From Pseudomonadota bacterium (GTDB taxonomy: Bacteria > Pseudomonadota > Alphaproteobacteria > Rhizobiales > CALHAX01): DNA of 40,583 nucleotides. A program made the position numbers and the translations under genes. Below, one piece after another: positions 8,779-17,501 of this stretch. The stretch's first letter is position 1. Every line of letters begins with the position of its first letter. Below the pieces are notes generated by a model that worked only from the letters and a program-made list of their open reading frames with translations, made no database searches and was not told the origin of the DNA. Location of the stretch: the NCBI GenBank assembly GCA_039816705.1, contig JBCBXF010000001.1, positions 1-40,583 on the forward strand. Direction: 5' to 3'.

Positions 8779-9408
8779 ATGAGCGACACCCCCCGCGACC
8801 CGAATACGTCTCAGCAGACGCCGCTTGAGCGCCTCGAAGCGCTGCTCAAAGCCACACGCGGAGAAAAACTGCCACCTGTTCACAAGTGGGATCCGCCCGC
8901 GCGGCCCGACATCGGGCTTGCCATTTCCTACGACGGTTCATGGAGTTATCAGGGCGACCGCATCGAACGCGGTGAACTTGTCCGGCTGTTCTCCACGGTA
9001 CTGCGGCGCGAGGAGGACGGCGGCTTTTTTCTCGTCACGCCGGTTGAAAAAGTGCCGGTCTCTGTCGACGAAACACCGTTTGTCGTCGTCGAAATGCAGA
9101 TCAGAGGCTCCGGCGCGGATCAAGATATCCTGCTGCGCACGTCGGTTGATGATGTGATCGCTGTCTCGCCGGTGCATCCCATTCGTTTTGTTCCAGAACC
9201 GCCAGACGGCGGATTGAAGCCGATCGTCCATGTGCGTGATCGCCTCGAAGCCCGCGTCAATCGCGCCGTGTATTATGATCTTGTTGAAGCCTGTGCGGTG
9301 ACGCCGCACGAGGGCGAGGATCATTTCGGACTCTGGTCGTCAGGCACCTTTTTCGCCATGGCTCGCGCTGCTGACATTCCGGGATTGCTGGAAGACGAGG
9401 ACACGTGA
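8779..9408 (+). CDS. DUF1285 domain protein
   Basis: 209-aa ORF: LPPVHKWDPP...DIGLAISYDGSWSYQGDRIERGELVRLFSTVLRREEDGGFFLVTPVEKVPVSVDETPFVVVEM, characteristic of DUF1285. It lies upstream of the Nudix and cca genes, as in many alphaproteobacteria. Confidence 0.8.
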   Translation: MSDTPRDPNTSQQTPLERLEALLKATRGEKLPPVHKWDPPARPDIGLAISYDGSWSYQGDRIERGELVRLFSTVLRREEDGGFFLVTPVEKVPVSVDETPFVVVEMQIRGSGADQDILLRTSVDDVIAVSPVHPIRFVPEPPDGGLKPIVHVRDRLEARVNRAVYYDLVEACAVTPHEGEDHFGLWSSGTFFAMARAADIPGLLEDEDT

Positions 9409-10130
9409 GCCGTTCGCCTGTCTCAGTAGATCCCGCGCTGGGCAGCGCTCCCGGCGCACCCGGCCTTCGCGGCGCAAGCGGCGAAGCCCTCAGCGAGGTC
9501 ATGGCGTTTGCGTCGCATGCCCGCACGTGTTTGCACGCGTCGCCCGCTGACGATGTGTTCGCAGCGACGTGCCGGCCGGCGCGCGGTGATCATGATTTGA
9601 ATGCCGCGAATGATCTGGCGCAACTTCACCCCGAGCCGCGCCCCGCCGCCGTCCTCGTCCCGGTGATCCCGCGCAACGGTGCGCTTTACGTCATCCTGAC
9701 ATTACGCGCGGCACATCTTCCAACGCATGCCGGACAAATCGCCTTTCCTGGCGGCAAGATGGAGCCAGATGATGCCGACCCGGAGCATACGGCATTGCGC
9801 GAGGCACACGAGGAGATCGGGCTTGAGCCGGCCAATGTCACGACGCTCGGCTGTCTCGACAGCTACCAGACGGGCACGGGCTTTCGTATTCTTCCAGTGG
9901 TCGCAACAGTTAGTCCCGGCGTTTCTTTGACGTCCGATCCGGCTGAAGTCGATGATGCGTTCGAAGTTCCGCTGGCCTTCCTGATGGATGCCGGCAACCA
10001 TCGTCGACACGCCCGGGAATGGAAAGGCGTCTTGCGCCATTACTACGCGATACCCTGGGAAAACCGCTATATCTGGGGCGCGACGGCCGGCATCTTGCGA
10101 AATCTTCAGGAGACGATGTTCCCGACATGA
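9405..10130 (+). CDS. CoA pyrophosphatase-type NUDIX hydrolase
   Basis: Nudix box FPGGKMEPDDADPEHTALREAHEEIGLEP. The GTG start overlaps the DUF1285 stop as GTGA. Confidence 0.85.
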   Translation: MSRSPVSVDPALGSAPGAPGLRGASGEALSEVMAFASHARTCLHASPADDVFAATCRPARGDHDLNAANDLAQLHPEPRPAAVLVPVIPRNGALYVILTLRAAHLPTHAGQIAFPGGKMEPDDADPEHTALREAHEEIGLEPANVTTLGCLDSYQTGTGFRILPVVATVSPGVSLTSDPAEVDDAFEVPLAFLMDAGNHRRHAREWKGVLRHYYAIPWENRYIWGATAGILRNLQETMFPT

Positions 10131-10426
10131 TCCGCGTTTTCATCACTTCCGCACTCCTGTTTTTGCTCCCGTTCGTGTTGTTTGCGATCTATGCGACCGT
10201 CACGGATTTTCTGGCGGACGCAAAGGATCGCGATGGCTCCGGTGCCGTCAAAGAGAGTGCGTGGAGTAAAATACCGCTCGGCTGGTTGACGGCGATATCA
10301 ACGGTGTTGGTTGTCGGCACATTGATTTTTCTCGCGCTCACCGGCCCCGAGGTGGGCAAGCCCGGCGGCACTTACTATCCCCCGACGGTGAAGGATGGCG
10401 TCGTCCAGCCGGGATATGTCGAGTGA
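10127..10426 (+). CDS. Small two-TM membrane protein (resembles proteins annotated DUF6111)
   Basis: MIRVFITSALLFLLPFVLFAIYATVTDFL...WLTAISTVLVVGTLIFLALTGPE. ATG 10127 overlaps the Nudix TGA as ATGA. The track ORF 10019..10426 is an upstream extension inside the Nudix gene. Confidence 0.65.
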   Translation: MIRVFITSALLFLLPFVLFAIYATVTDFLADAKDRDGSGAVKESAWSKIPLGWLTAISTVLVVGTLIFLALTGPEVGKPGGTYYPPTVKDGVVQPGYVE

Positions 10427-11681
10427 TCAAATCGAGAGGGTGACCCCGCCTGTAAGTTGGGCCGAGGCCGAAGCGCGGCTGTCTGGTTCCAATTGGCTTG
10501 CCGCGCCGGTGGTGCAGACGGTTTTCTCTGCGTTCGCCGACAAGGGCGAAGACTGTCGGGCCATTGGCGGTGCCGTCCGCGATACGATGTTGGCACGCCC
10601 GGTCAACGATCTCGATTTCTCCACCACGGCGACGCCGGATGTTGCTGGACAGATCATGCAGGAGGCCGGCTTTGCCGTTCATGAGACAGGTCTCGCACAC
10701 GGCACGATCACAGTGGCGCGCGACGGAGCGGCATTCGAGATCACGACTTTGCGCGCGGATGTTGCAACGGATGGTCGCCACGCATCTGTTGACTTCACGA
10801 CGGACTGGAGCGTCGACGCCGCACGTCGTGATTTCACCATCAACGCATTTTCCTGCGATCACGCTGGCAAGCTGTTCGATCCCGTTAGCGGATTTGCCGA
10901 TCTTCAGGCCGAACGCATCCGCTTCATCGGAAATGCGGTCACGCGCATCCGCGAGGACCGTCTTCGCATCCTCAGGTTTTTCCGTTTCTCCGCGTCATAC
11001 GCTCATGGGGAGTTTGACCCAGACGCATGCGCTGCCATCGCAGAGGAAAAATCGGGCCTCACCCAACTTTCGGCTGAGCGCATCCACGGCGAGATCGTCC
11101 GCTTGCTTGTCGCGCCGCGCGCCGTCGAGGTGGTAGCCGCGATGGCTGACCTGGCGCTCTTTGAGCTCCTTCTTGGTCAGCCAGTCGATCTGGGATTGTT
11201 TTCCACGTTGGTCCAGCTTGAGACGGAGTATGCCATCACTCCAGACCCGATGCGTCGTCTGTATGCACTTCTGGCACCGCTTTCACCGGACGGCGTGGAC
11301 AGCATTCAGGCGCGATTGCGTCTCTCGAGGCAGGAGGCAGAGGTTCTGAAAACCATAGCGCGGGCCATCAGCACACCGGCGGAAGGTGTCAGTGCCATGC
11401 TCTACAGGTTTGGCGCCCCAGCCGTCCGCAATGCCGCGTTGCTCAAGGCGGCGGCCGAAAAGCCGCGTCGGCGAGGGCTGGCGGATCGACTGGCCAGCGC
11501 GCTGGCGTGGCAGCGGCCCGTGTTTCCTCTCACTGGCGCAGACCTGATCGCCGCAGGCTTCTCCCCCGGCCCAGCGCTTGGCGTCGAACTGGCGCGTATC
11601 GAAGCCGCGTGGATCGCAAGCGAGTTTACGCTTACCGCCGCCGAGCTGAGGCAGATTATCCGCTCAGAAAACACGGATTGA
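10416..11681 (+). CDS. cca: CCA-adding tRNA nucleotidyltransferase
   Basis: GGAVRDTMLARPVNDLDFSTTATPD plus TLRADV..DGRH and ARRDFTINA (PolyA_pol head motifs). ATG 10416 overlaps the end of the preceding small ORF. The longest ORF starts at 10395. Confidence 0.9.
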   Translation: MSSDQIERVTPPVSWAEAEARLSGSNWLAAPVVQTVFSAFADKGEDCRAIGGAVRDTMLARPVNDLDFSTTATPDVAGQIMQEAGFAVHETGLAHGTITVARDGAAFEITTLRADVATDGRHASVDFTTDWSVDAARRDFTINAFSCDHAGKLFDPVSGFADLQAERIRFIGNAVTRIREDRLRILRFFRFSASYAHGEFDPDACAAIAEEKSGLTQLSAERIHGEIVRLLVAPRAVEVVAAMADLALFELLLGQPVDLGLFSTLVQLETEYAITPDPMRRLYALLAPLSPDGVDSIQARLRLSRQEAEVLKTIARAISTPAEGVSAMLYRFGAPAVRNAALLKAAAEKPRRRGLADRLASALAWQRPVFPLTGADLIAAGFSPGPALGVELARIEAAWIASEFTLTAAELRQIIRSENTD

Positions 11682-11799
11682 CCGCGCGAGAACGTGGCAG
11701 CACTCTTCGCAACCCGGTGCTAAACAATTGAAAAACATCGTGATTTTGCCATTGAATCGCGTAGCCTGTGCAAAGCGACAACAGATACGGAGCCAAGCC

Positions 11800-12069
11800 A
11801 TGGCTGACGCGCAGCTGGTGCAAAATCTCAGAGGGTTCAGCCTCACAACGGCAGAAATACTCTACCACCTTCCGGATCATCCAGCGCTGCTGCAGACGTT
11901 CGTATGGCAGGAGTACGATCAGCACCCCAAGTTCCCGCGTCTCCTGAAGTTCCTCGACTTCTGGACGGAAAGTCTTGACGGTCCCTTGCACACGGTCCGC
12001 GTGGCCCATCGCAAACTTATTGCGCCCGCCGAGTTGCGTCTTGTCGAAGGACAATTTCGCCTGAACTGA
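11800..12069 (+). CDS. Usg-family protein (PF06233-like)
   Basis: MADAQLVQNLRGFSLTTAEILYHLPDHPALLQTFVWQEYDQHPKFPRLLKFLDFWTESLDGPLHTVRVAHRKLIAPAELRLVEGQFRLN matches the conserved alphaproteobacterial Usg pattern. ACGGAG RBS precedes ATG 11800. Confidence 0.8.
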   Translation: MADAQLVQNLRGFSLTTAEILYHLPDHPALLQTFVWQEYDQHPKFPRLLKFLDFWTESLDGPLHTVRVAHRKLIAPAELRLVEGQFRLN

Positions 12070-12258
12070 CGGGCGAGCGCGTCATCAAGGCAAAGCTCTG
12101 CCTCAATCGATGAACCGATCCCACAATGCGACTGGCGGGAGCAGGCAGCGCTGCACAGCACATAGGATGTGTTGAACGGCTGGAGCGGGACGCACGGCCA
12201 CGTTGGTGGCCTCGCCTGACGGAGGCGTTTGCGAACAAGGCGTCGGCGTCATGTCTTT

Positions 12259-12288
12259 CATGGCGTACCCCATCATGGCGTACCCCAT
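12259..12288. repeat. Perfect 15-bp direct tandem repeat (CATGGCGTACCCCAT x2) inside a 390-bp ORF-free region
   Basis: Read directly at 12259..12273 and 12274..12288. Confidence 0.9.
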
Positions 12289-12457
12289 AGTTTCGCCAGA
12301 CACACACGATCATCAGACGGAGCCGCATCGTTGTCACATCGCACGGTAAGCCTTGGCAGCCGTCCTCCAAAAGCCCCATTGCAGGCCGCATCGAAGTTGA
12401 TAGAACCGCGCCAGTCCGCAGCGCGCGGTTGAGGAGTTCCGCGCGCGTCAGTCAGGA

Positions 12458-13198
12458 GTGCGTACGTTGCAAACCGTCGTCTGCATGAAGTGGGGCACGC
12501 GCTACCCCTCGGACTACGTCAATCGTCTGTGGTCGATGATTACGCGTCACACTGCGCGGCCGACACGTCTCGTCTGCTTCACCGACGACGCAGATGGCAT
12601 CGATGCCGCGATTGTCACCGCGCCGATCCCGGACATCAACATCCCCGATCGCGTTGCCATTACAGGCTGGCGCAAGATCGCAATCTGGCGAGATGACCTC
12701 GAACACCTTGATGGCGATGTGCTCTTCTTCGATTTGGATATGGTCATCACAGGCTCAATCGATCCGTTCTTCGACTTCGAGCCCGGTCACTTTTGTGTCG
12801 TGGAGAATTTTACTCAGCGCGGCCAGCAGATCGGCAACACATCGATCTTCCGCATGCCTGTCGGAAAGTATCCAAACATCTTCAACCGCTTCAATGACGA
12901 TCCGGAAGGCGTGCTCGCTCAGTACGATATCGAGCAGCAATATATCTCCGGCGACATTGCTGCGCAGCGTTTCTTTCCCCGCGAGTGGTGCGTAAGTTTC
13001 AAGCATGATCTGTTGCCGCGCTGGCCGTTGAACTTTTTCGTCACACCACCACTGCCCGATGATGCGCTGGCTATCGCTTTCACTGGCAAGCCGGATCCGG
13101 ATGAGGCCGCTGTCGGTGAGTGGCCGGTGACCCAGGCGTGGAAAAAGCTCTACAAACATGTCCGCCCCACACCGTGGATCACGGAGAACTGGCGTTGA
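12458..13198 (+). CDS. Putative glycosyltransferase (GT-A-like, DxD motif)
   Basis: VVCMKWGTRYPSDYVNRLWSMITRH...LVCFTDD...VLFFDLDMVITGSIDPFF, a nucleotide-diphospho-sugar transferase-like pattern. The start is GTG 12458 or TTG 12467, following AGGAG at 12454..12458. Confidence 0.6.
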   Translation: MRTLQTVVCMKWGTRYPSDYVNRLWSMITRHTARPTRLVCFTDDADGIDAAIVTAPIPDINIPDRVAITGWRKIAIWRDDLEHLDGDVLFFDLDMVITGSIDPFFDFEPGHFCVVENFTQRGQQIGNTSIFRMPVGKYPNIFNRFNDDPEGVLAQYDIEQQYISGDIAAQRFFPREWCVSFKHDLLPRWPLNFFVTPPLPDDALAIAFTGKPDPDEAAVGEWPVTQAWKKLYKHVRPTPWITENWR

Positions 13199-14118
13199 GC
13201 AGCCGAAAAGGATCGTCGGGCAGGGCAACGCCGTGCGCGGACGAGCCGCCTGCCCCGCGGCTGGCGCCCGTTCGCTGGGGTGATGGTCTGCCCCCCGCAG
13301 AACCGTCGCGTAGCCTCGGCATCCTGTCGTGGAAGGGCTATGACAGCCTGCGGCCAATGCTCCGGCGGCTGATCGAAAAAGGCGTGCACGAGCTCTTTGA
13401 CGAGCGGCTGATTTTTTTCCCCGAGATCGACGATGAAGCGCGGGCGATCGCGCGCGAGCATGGTTTTGACTGTTCCGGGTCACCGCAAAATCTCGGAATA
13501 TTCGGCGGATTTCGTGCGCTTGGCGAAGCGCTGAGCGGAGACACGATCCTGCTGCTCGAGAACGACCTGCGGATCATCGAACCGGAAGAGGAGGCGGAAC
13601 GTCAGCTTCGTGCGGCCTTCGATCTGATTGAGGGCGATGCCGCGAAAGTCGTTTTTCTCCGTCATACCGGCGAGCCGGGAGAAGATTTTGCGACACTCGA
13701 CAAGTATCGTCGCTTCTTCCCGCCCGCGGACGCGACGCTCGGCGCCCGGGTTCAGGGATTTGCGCTACGCCTATTCAGATCAGACAAGCGCGCCCGTTTG
13801 ATCGGCACGGCGCCCTATGCCAGCGCGACGCCGGAGAAACTCTTCCCTCGCGAGATCGAGCGCGATCCGGAAAGTGGATTCTGGCTCATGCGACCGCGGA
13901 ACAAGGCCTGGACCAACCAGTCGTTCGTCGTACGACGCGCCTTCTTTCTCGACACGCTAATGGATTACGTCGAGCGCGCGGAGACTAATCGCCGCGTCAA
14001 TGGTTTTAAGAATATCGAGATCGAGTTGAATAGCGCATGGTGGCGCAATCAGCCATGGAAGATCGCGATCGCGCCAGGCCTGTTCACGCACCAACGCGAG
14101 GGTGATCGCGGGTATTGA
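13195..14118 (+). CDS. Putative glycosyltransferase-like protein (GT-A-like), function unknown
   Basis: LGILSWKGYDSLRPMLRRLIEKG...ILLLENDLRIIEPEE...WTNQSFVVRRAFFLD. The proposed TTG start at 13195 overlaps the upstream TGA as TTGA, with GGAG 8 nt upstream. The track ORF begins at 13120, inside the previous gene. Confidence 0.5.
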   Translation: MSSRKGSSGRATPCADEPPAPRLAPVRWGDGLPPAEPSRSLGILSWKGYDSLRPMLRRLIEKGVHELFDERLIFFPEIDDEARAIAREHGFDCSGSPQNLGIFGGFRALGEALSGDTILLLENDLRIIEPEEEAERQLRAAFDLIEGDAAKVVFLRHTGEPGEDFATLDKYRRFFPPADATLGARVQGFALRLFRSDKRARLIGTAPYASATPEKLFPREIERDPESGFWLMRPRNKAWTNQSFVVRRAFFLDTLMDYVERAETNRRVNGFKNIEIELNSAWWRNQPWKIAIAPGLFTHQREGDRGY

Positions 14119-14142
14119 TGGACAACGCGTCGGCGGGCGCAC

Positions 14143-14676
14143 TCACGCGTTGCGCAGGCCAAAGCTGCGACGCGTATCGGGTGACGATTGTTTCACGCGC
14201 AGATCGCTTGCAGAGCGTGCCGGCGGCGCTGCTGCGGGTGTCGCGGTAGAATCGTGTTCGGATTTCAATCGATCCACCTCAGCTTGGAGCGCTGACAGTC
14301 GTGCCGTGTCTGCGCCGTCAGCGCCCGGTCCGTACGCGTTCCCACCGGGCATGCCGCGGAGAAACCCGCACTCAATCAGCTGCCACAGCCATCCAACATA
14401 TGGAACGAGCAAGATCGCGCCCCAAAGTCCGCTCTTTCCATGATCGTGATAGCGCTTCACCGTGATCGCCAGGTTGATCCAGATGCAGGTCACGAGAAAA
14501 CCGGCAGCAAGCGAAATTCCCGCGACGTCACTGATCGAGAAGCTGAGACGAAGCACGAAGATGGTCATGGCGCCGACAACAAGCAGGAGCAGAATCGAAA
14601 GCTGCCCGAGCCACCACTGCGAACGTGTGATGCGTCCGTCAAAGCCAAAGAGAAGGTTCATCAGTATTTTTTCCAT
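14143..14676 (-). CDS. DUF805 (YhaH/YhaI-like) inner-membrane protein with an ~60-aa low-complexity/coiled C-terminal tail
   Basis: GFDGRITRSQWWLGQL, KRYHDHGKSGLWGAILLVPYVGWLWQLIECGFLRG. The tail contains LSALQAEVDRLKSEH. An alternative start is ATG 14661. Confidence 0.8.
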   Translation of the reverse strand: MEKILMNLLFGFDGRITRSQWWLGQLSILLLLVVGAMTIFVLRLSFSISDVAGISLAAGFLVTCIWINLAITVKRYHDHGKSGLWGAILLVPYVGWLWQLIECGFLRGMPGGNAYGPGADGADTARLSALQAEVDRLKSEHDSTATPAAAPPARSASDLRVKQSSPDTRRSFGLRNA

Positions 14677-15928
14677 GAGAGATGCCGGTTTCTGATCCCT
14701 CCAAAGCCGTACTCTCGTGATCGAGCACAGCCGAGAACGCGCTGATCAGATGATAAAGAATGCTCGCCGGCACGGTTTTGCTCAGCACGCTGCCGTCGGC
14801 TGCAATATGGTCGAACCAAAGTCCGGCGGGTGCCGGCGAAATGTGCGTATCGAACACGGCATCGATTCGCGCATCGACATCCGCAATCGCCCGGGCGCCG
14901 CCACCGCTCGCCTTGCGCAGCGCCAGCATCGCGCGCACAGCTTCGGTTTGTGGCCAGCTGCGCGATGTCGCGTCGATGACCTCTCCATGCTCTGTGATCT
15001 GTTGATATGTCAGACCGGTCACCGGGTTGGTTCCGAACGCGGTCGCTGAGGCTGCAAGGCGCTGGACCGCCCAGCGTGTCCGTCCGCTTCCACTCATGTC
15101 CAGATCGTGCAGCAGCCATGCCCACTCGTACGCATGTCCCGGTTCTCGCACCGCGCCATCTTCGCTGTCGCAGGGAGACAAATCCGCATTGACGAACTCA
15201 CGAACGGACCATGTCTCAGCGTCGAAGAAGTGCGCAAAAAAGATCTCGACGATCTCACGAGCCCAGGCCGCAGCCAACCGCGCACCCGTCGCGCGATGCC
15301 ACGCCGTGCAAGCCTCAAGCAGATGCATGTGCGGGTTGGCGCGGCGCAAACCATCAGTGTTGGTGCCGTCCCCGCCATCGGCAGTCTCGCGGAACCCGCG
15401 CCCACGACCGAGATAAAAGTTCATCTCGAGTTGCCGCATGACGTCACGACCGAGCATGGCCGCATCGTCATGACCCGCCTGCACGGCTGCGGCCGCAGCG
15501 AACAAGACGAAGGCGGTGTCGTAGGCGTCCGGCGTGCAATCGCGTGGATGCCCATCGAACGTGAACGTCTTGGTGAACATGCCGTTGGGCTGGCGTGCGT
15601 GTGTGCTCAGAAACTGCAGGCCGTGCGTCACGGCATCATGACAGGCTGCGGTATCCCCCCAACCCCGCTGCGCCGCAGTGGCGAAACAATAGGTTTGCCG
15701 CGCCATGGTGCGAAGGCGTTTTTCCGCCGGCACTGGCGCGCCATCAAAACCGAGCACCTCGTGAAAACCGCCACCGATGCGGTCGACGCCATGGGCCAGC
15801 CAGAATGGCAACGCCGCCTGATCCAGCCACGTCGTGATACGAGAGCGCGACAATCGTGCGAGCAGGCTACTGGATAAGTCGCGTCGCCGTTCCTCCACGC
15901 GCGTTGTAACAGAAGAAAAATCAGGCAT
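14639..15928 (-). CDS. AGE-family epimerase/isomerase (N-acylglucosamine 2-epimerase / mannose-6-P isomerase-like)
   Basis: LPFWLAHGVDRIGGGFHEVLGFDGAPVPAEKRLRTMARQTYCFATAAQRGW, NPHMHLLEA, GHAYEWAWLL. The longest ORF starts at 15958. The 3' end overlaps the DUF805 start by 23-38 nt. Confidence 0.8.
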   Translation of the reverse strand: MPDFSSVTTRVEERRRDLSSSLLARLSRSRITTWLDQAALPFWLAHGVDRIGGGFHEVLGFDGAPVPAEKRLRTMARQTYCFATAAQRGWGDTAACHDAVTHGLQFLSTHARQPNGMFTKTFTFDGHPRDCTPDAYDTAFVLFAAAAAVQAGHDDAAMLGRDVMRQLEMNFYLGRGRGFRETADGGDGTNTDGLRRANPHMHLLEACTAWHRATGARLAAAWAREIVEIFFAHFFDAETWSVREFVNADLSPCDSEDGAVREPGHAYEWAWLLHDLDMSGSGRTRWAVQRLAASATAFGTNPVTGLTYQQITEHGEVIDATSRSWPQTEAVRAMLALRKASGGGARAIADVDARIDAVFDTHISPAPAGLWFDHIAADGSVLSKTVPASILYHLISAFSAVLDHESTALEGSETGISHGKNTDEPSLWL

Positions 15929-16067
15929 GCGTCCCCATCCCATCGCCTCGCGGATCATTCGCGAACGATGGCAGTGGGGTATTGGGAGCGAATAAACAGG
16001 AGTGTCTTTGCGACAGACGGAGTTAAATCATGTTCACCATGGGGTAAACGGATGCGCTATCGCGGCA

Positions 16068-16766
16068 CTATGGAGAGGCGGCGAGGAGTGTATCAAGCCG
16101 TGCTGCAATTGGCTCAAACGCCTGATAGCCGTTTGAGACGAGCTGTAGCGCAGAGCCACCGTCGCCAAGCAACACGGTCGGAAATCCGGGTATTCCGGCC
16201 CGCTGCGTCGTGGCGAAATCCTGTGCGGTGTGTTGGCGGGCGTCTTCGCTGTCAAGCGCAGTGCGAAACACACCGCGGTTCAAACCGACACCTTCTGCAA
16301 GGTCGGCAAGGACGTCGCCTGACGTCACATCTCGTGCGTCGCGATAAAATGCGGCTTGGATCGCATGCATCATCGCATAGGCAAGCCGTGGATCAATATT
16401 GCGCGCTGTTACGACGGCACGACACGCCGGCTCGGTGTCGTAGATGAAGTCATCGCGTTCAAAGAGAGAATAATCGAACGGTTGACCACTGCGCGCGGCC
16501 ACGTTCTCCCAGTGGCCCCGGATGTACGATTTTTGCTCCGTATCCATGGCCTGCGTTGTCCCGGCACGCAGGCCTCCCATTATCAGATGAAGCTGCGCCC
16601 GAGAGCCATAGACATCAAGCAGTCGGGTCATCACCGGCGCAAATCCCCAGCACCACGAGCACATCGGATCCGCCACGTAGATAAGGTGATGCTGCGCGTC
16701 ACCGCCTGCCCCGATTGCTGCCTCATCGGCAGTTTCGGTTTTGGTGTCGTCGGACGCGTTTGTCAT
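16068..16766 (-). CDS. DsbA-like thioredoxin-fold protein (CxxC = CSWC)
   Basis: HLIYVADPMCSWCWGFAPVMTRLL...GIPGFPTVLLGDG. I chose ATG 16766 (MTNASDD...). The track ORF, extended to 17105, would overlap the divergent SH3 gene and looks non-protein-like. Confidence 0.75.
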   Translation of the reverse strand: MTNASDDTKTETADEAAIGAGGDAQHHLIYVADPMCSWCWGFAPVMTRLLDVYGSRAQLHLIMGGLRAGTTQAMDTEQKSYIRGHWENVAARSGQPFDYSLFERDDFIYDTEPACRAVVTARNIDPRLAYAMMHAIQAAFYRDARDVTSGDVLADLAEGVGLNRGVFRTALDSEDARQHTAQDFATTQRAGIPGFPTVLLGDGGSALQLVSNGYQAFEPIAARLDTLLAASP

Positions 16767-16939
16767 GGAAGGAGCTTCGCGAGAGAGCCGTTTCGGAACG
16801 CAAATCTGCGTTAGTTCTTGCCGTGCCACCTTACCGGGACGCGTGGCATTTAGGGAAACGTTCGTGTGATCTGGTGGAAGTCGACGCGGGATGTGCGCGC
16901 GCATCGGTACAGTCATTAACCGATTGGCAACGCTGTGTG

Positions 16940-16962
16940 ATGCAAACAACCATAGATTGCAT
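16940..16962. repeat. Inverted repeat ATGCAA-N11-TTGCAT immediately upstream of the SH3 gene RBS
   Basis: Read directly. AGGAG (16966..16970) and ATG 16978 follow. Confidence 0.3.
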
Positions 16963-16977
16963 TTCAGGAGATGCCGC

Positions 16978-17376
16978 ATGCGCGAAGTTCCCGACCCGAA
17001 GTGGATCATTGTCCGCACACTCACCCTCGTCCTCTTCGCGTTCGTGATCATGGCAACCCTTGCAGGCGTGCCTGTAAGTGCGTTTGGCAGCGAGCGCACG
17101 GTCACTGCAGCGACGGACTGTGTCTACGATCGCCGCGCCGCATATCGCGTGACGAAACAGAACGGAGCCGACGACACCATCGACGTGCGTTCATCGCCGC
17201 GTGCAGATGCAGCGCTTGTCTATGAATTGCCCCTCAGCGCACGAGCGATACGCTGTGTCGGCCCATGCCAAGCCGGCTGGTGCCGTATCCGATGGCATGG
17301 GGTTGTCGGTTGGGTCCCGCGCCATGTTCTCACGCGAGACGGAACCGTCCGGCTGACGACGGATCCCTATCCCTGA
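16978..17376 (+). CDS. Membrane-anchored or secreted bacterial SH3 (SH3b) domain protein
   Basis: N-terminal hydrophobic segment IIVRTLTLVLFAFVIMATLAGVPVSAFG, then IDVRSSPRADAALVYELP...GWCRIRWHGVVGWVPRHVL. AGGAG lies 7 nt before the ATG. Confidence 0.65.
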   Translation: MREVPDPKWIIVRTLTLVLFAFVIMATLAGVPVSAFGSERTVTAATDCVYDRRAAYRVTKQNGADDTIDVRSSPRADAALVYELPLSARAIRCVGPCQAGWCRIRWHGVVGWVPRHVLTRDGTVRLTTDPYP

Positions 17377-17501
17377 GATGACTTCGGTCGGCTTTTGAAA
17401 AGAAGCGACGACAATCCAGAGCGCCAGCCGCGTTGTCGAAGCGCGGATCGCGAAGCGCTGCAAGGTCGGTGCGGTTGGTGTTCCACGGCGCGAAACGCGA
17501 G

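Noticed and set aside
12259-12288. 15-bp tandem repeat considered as a CRISPR or minisatellite
   Set aside because: There are only two contiguous copies with no spacers, so it is not a CRISPR array. It is kept only as a simple tandem duplication.
12755-13483. 242-aa minus-strand ORF across the glycosyltransferase junction
   Set aside because: Arg/Ala-rich nonsense that spans two + strand genes with better protein-like sequence. The 304-aa ORF 18668..19582, antisense to the patatin gene, was rejected for the same reason.
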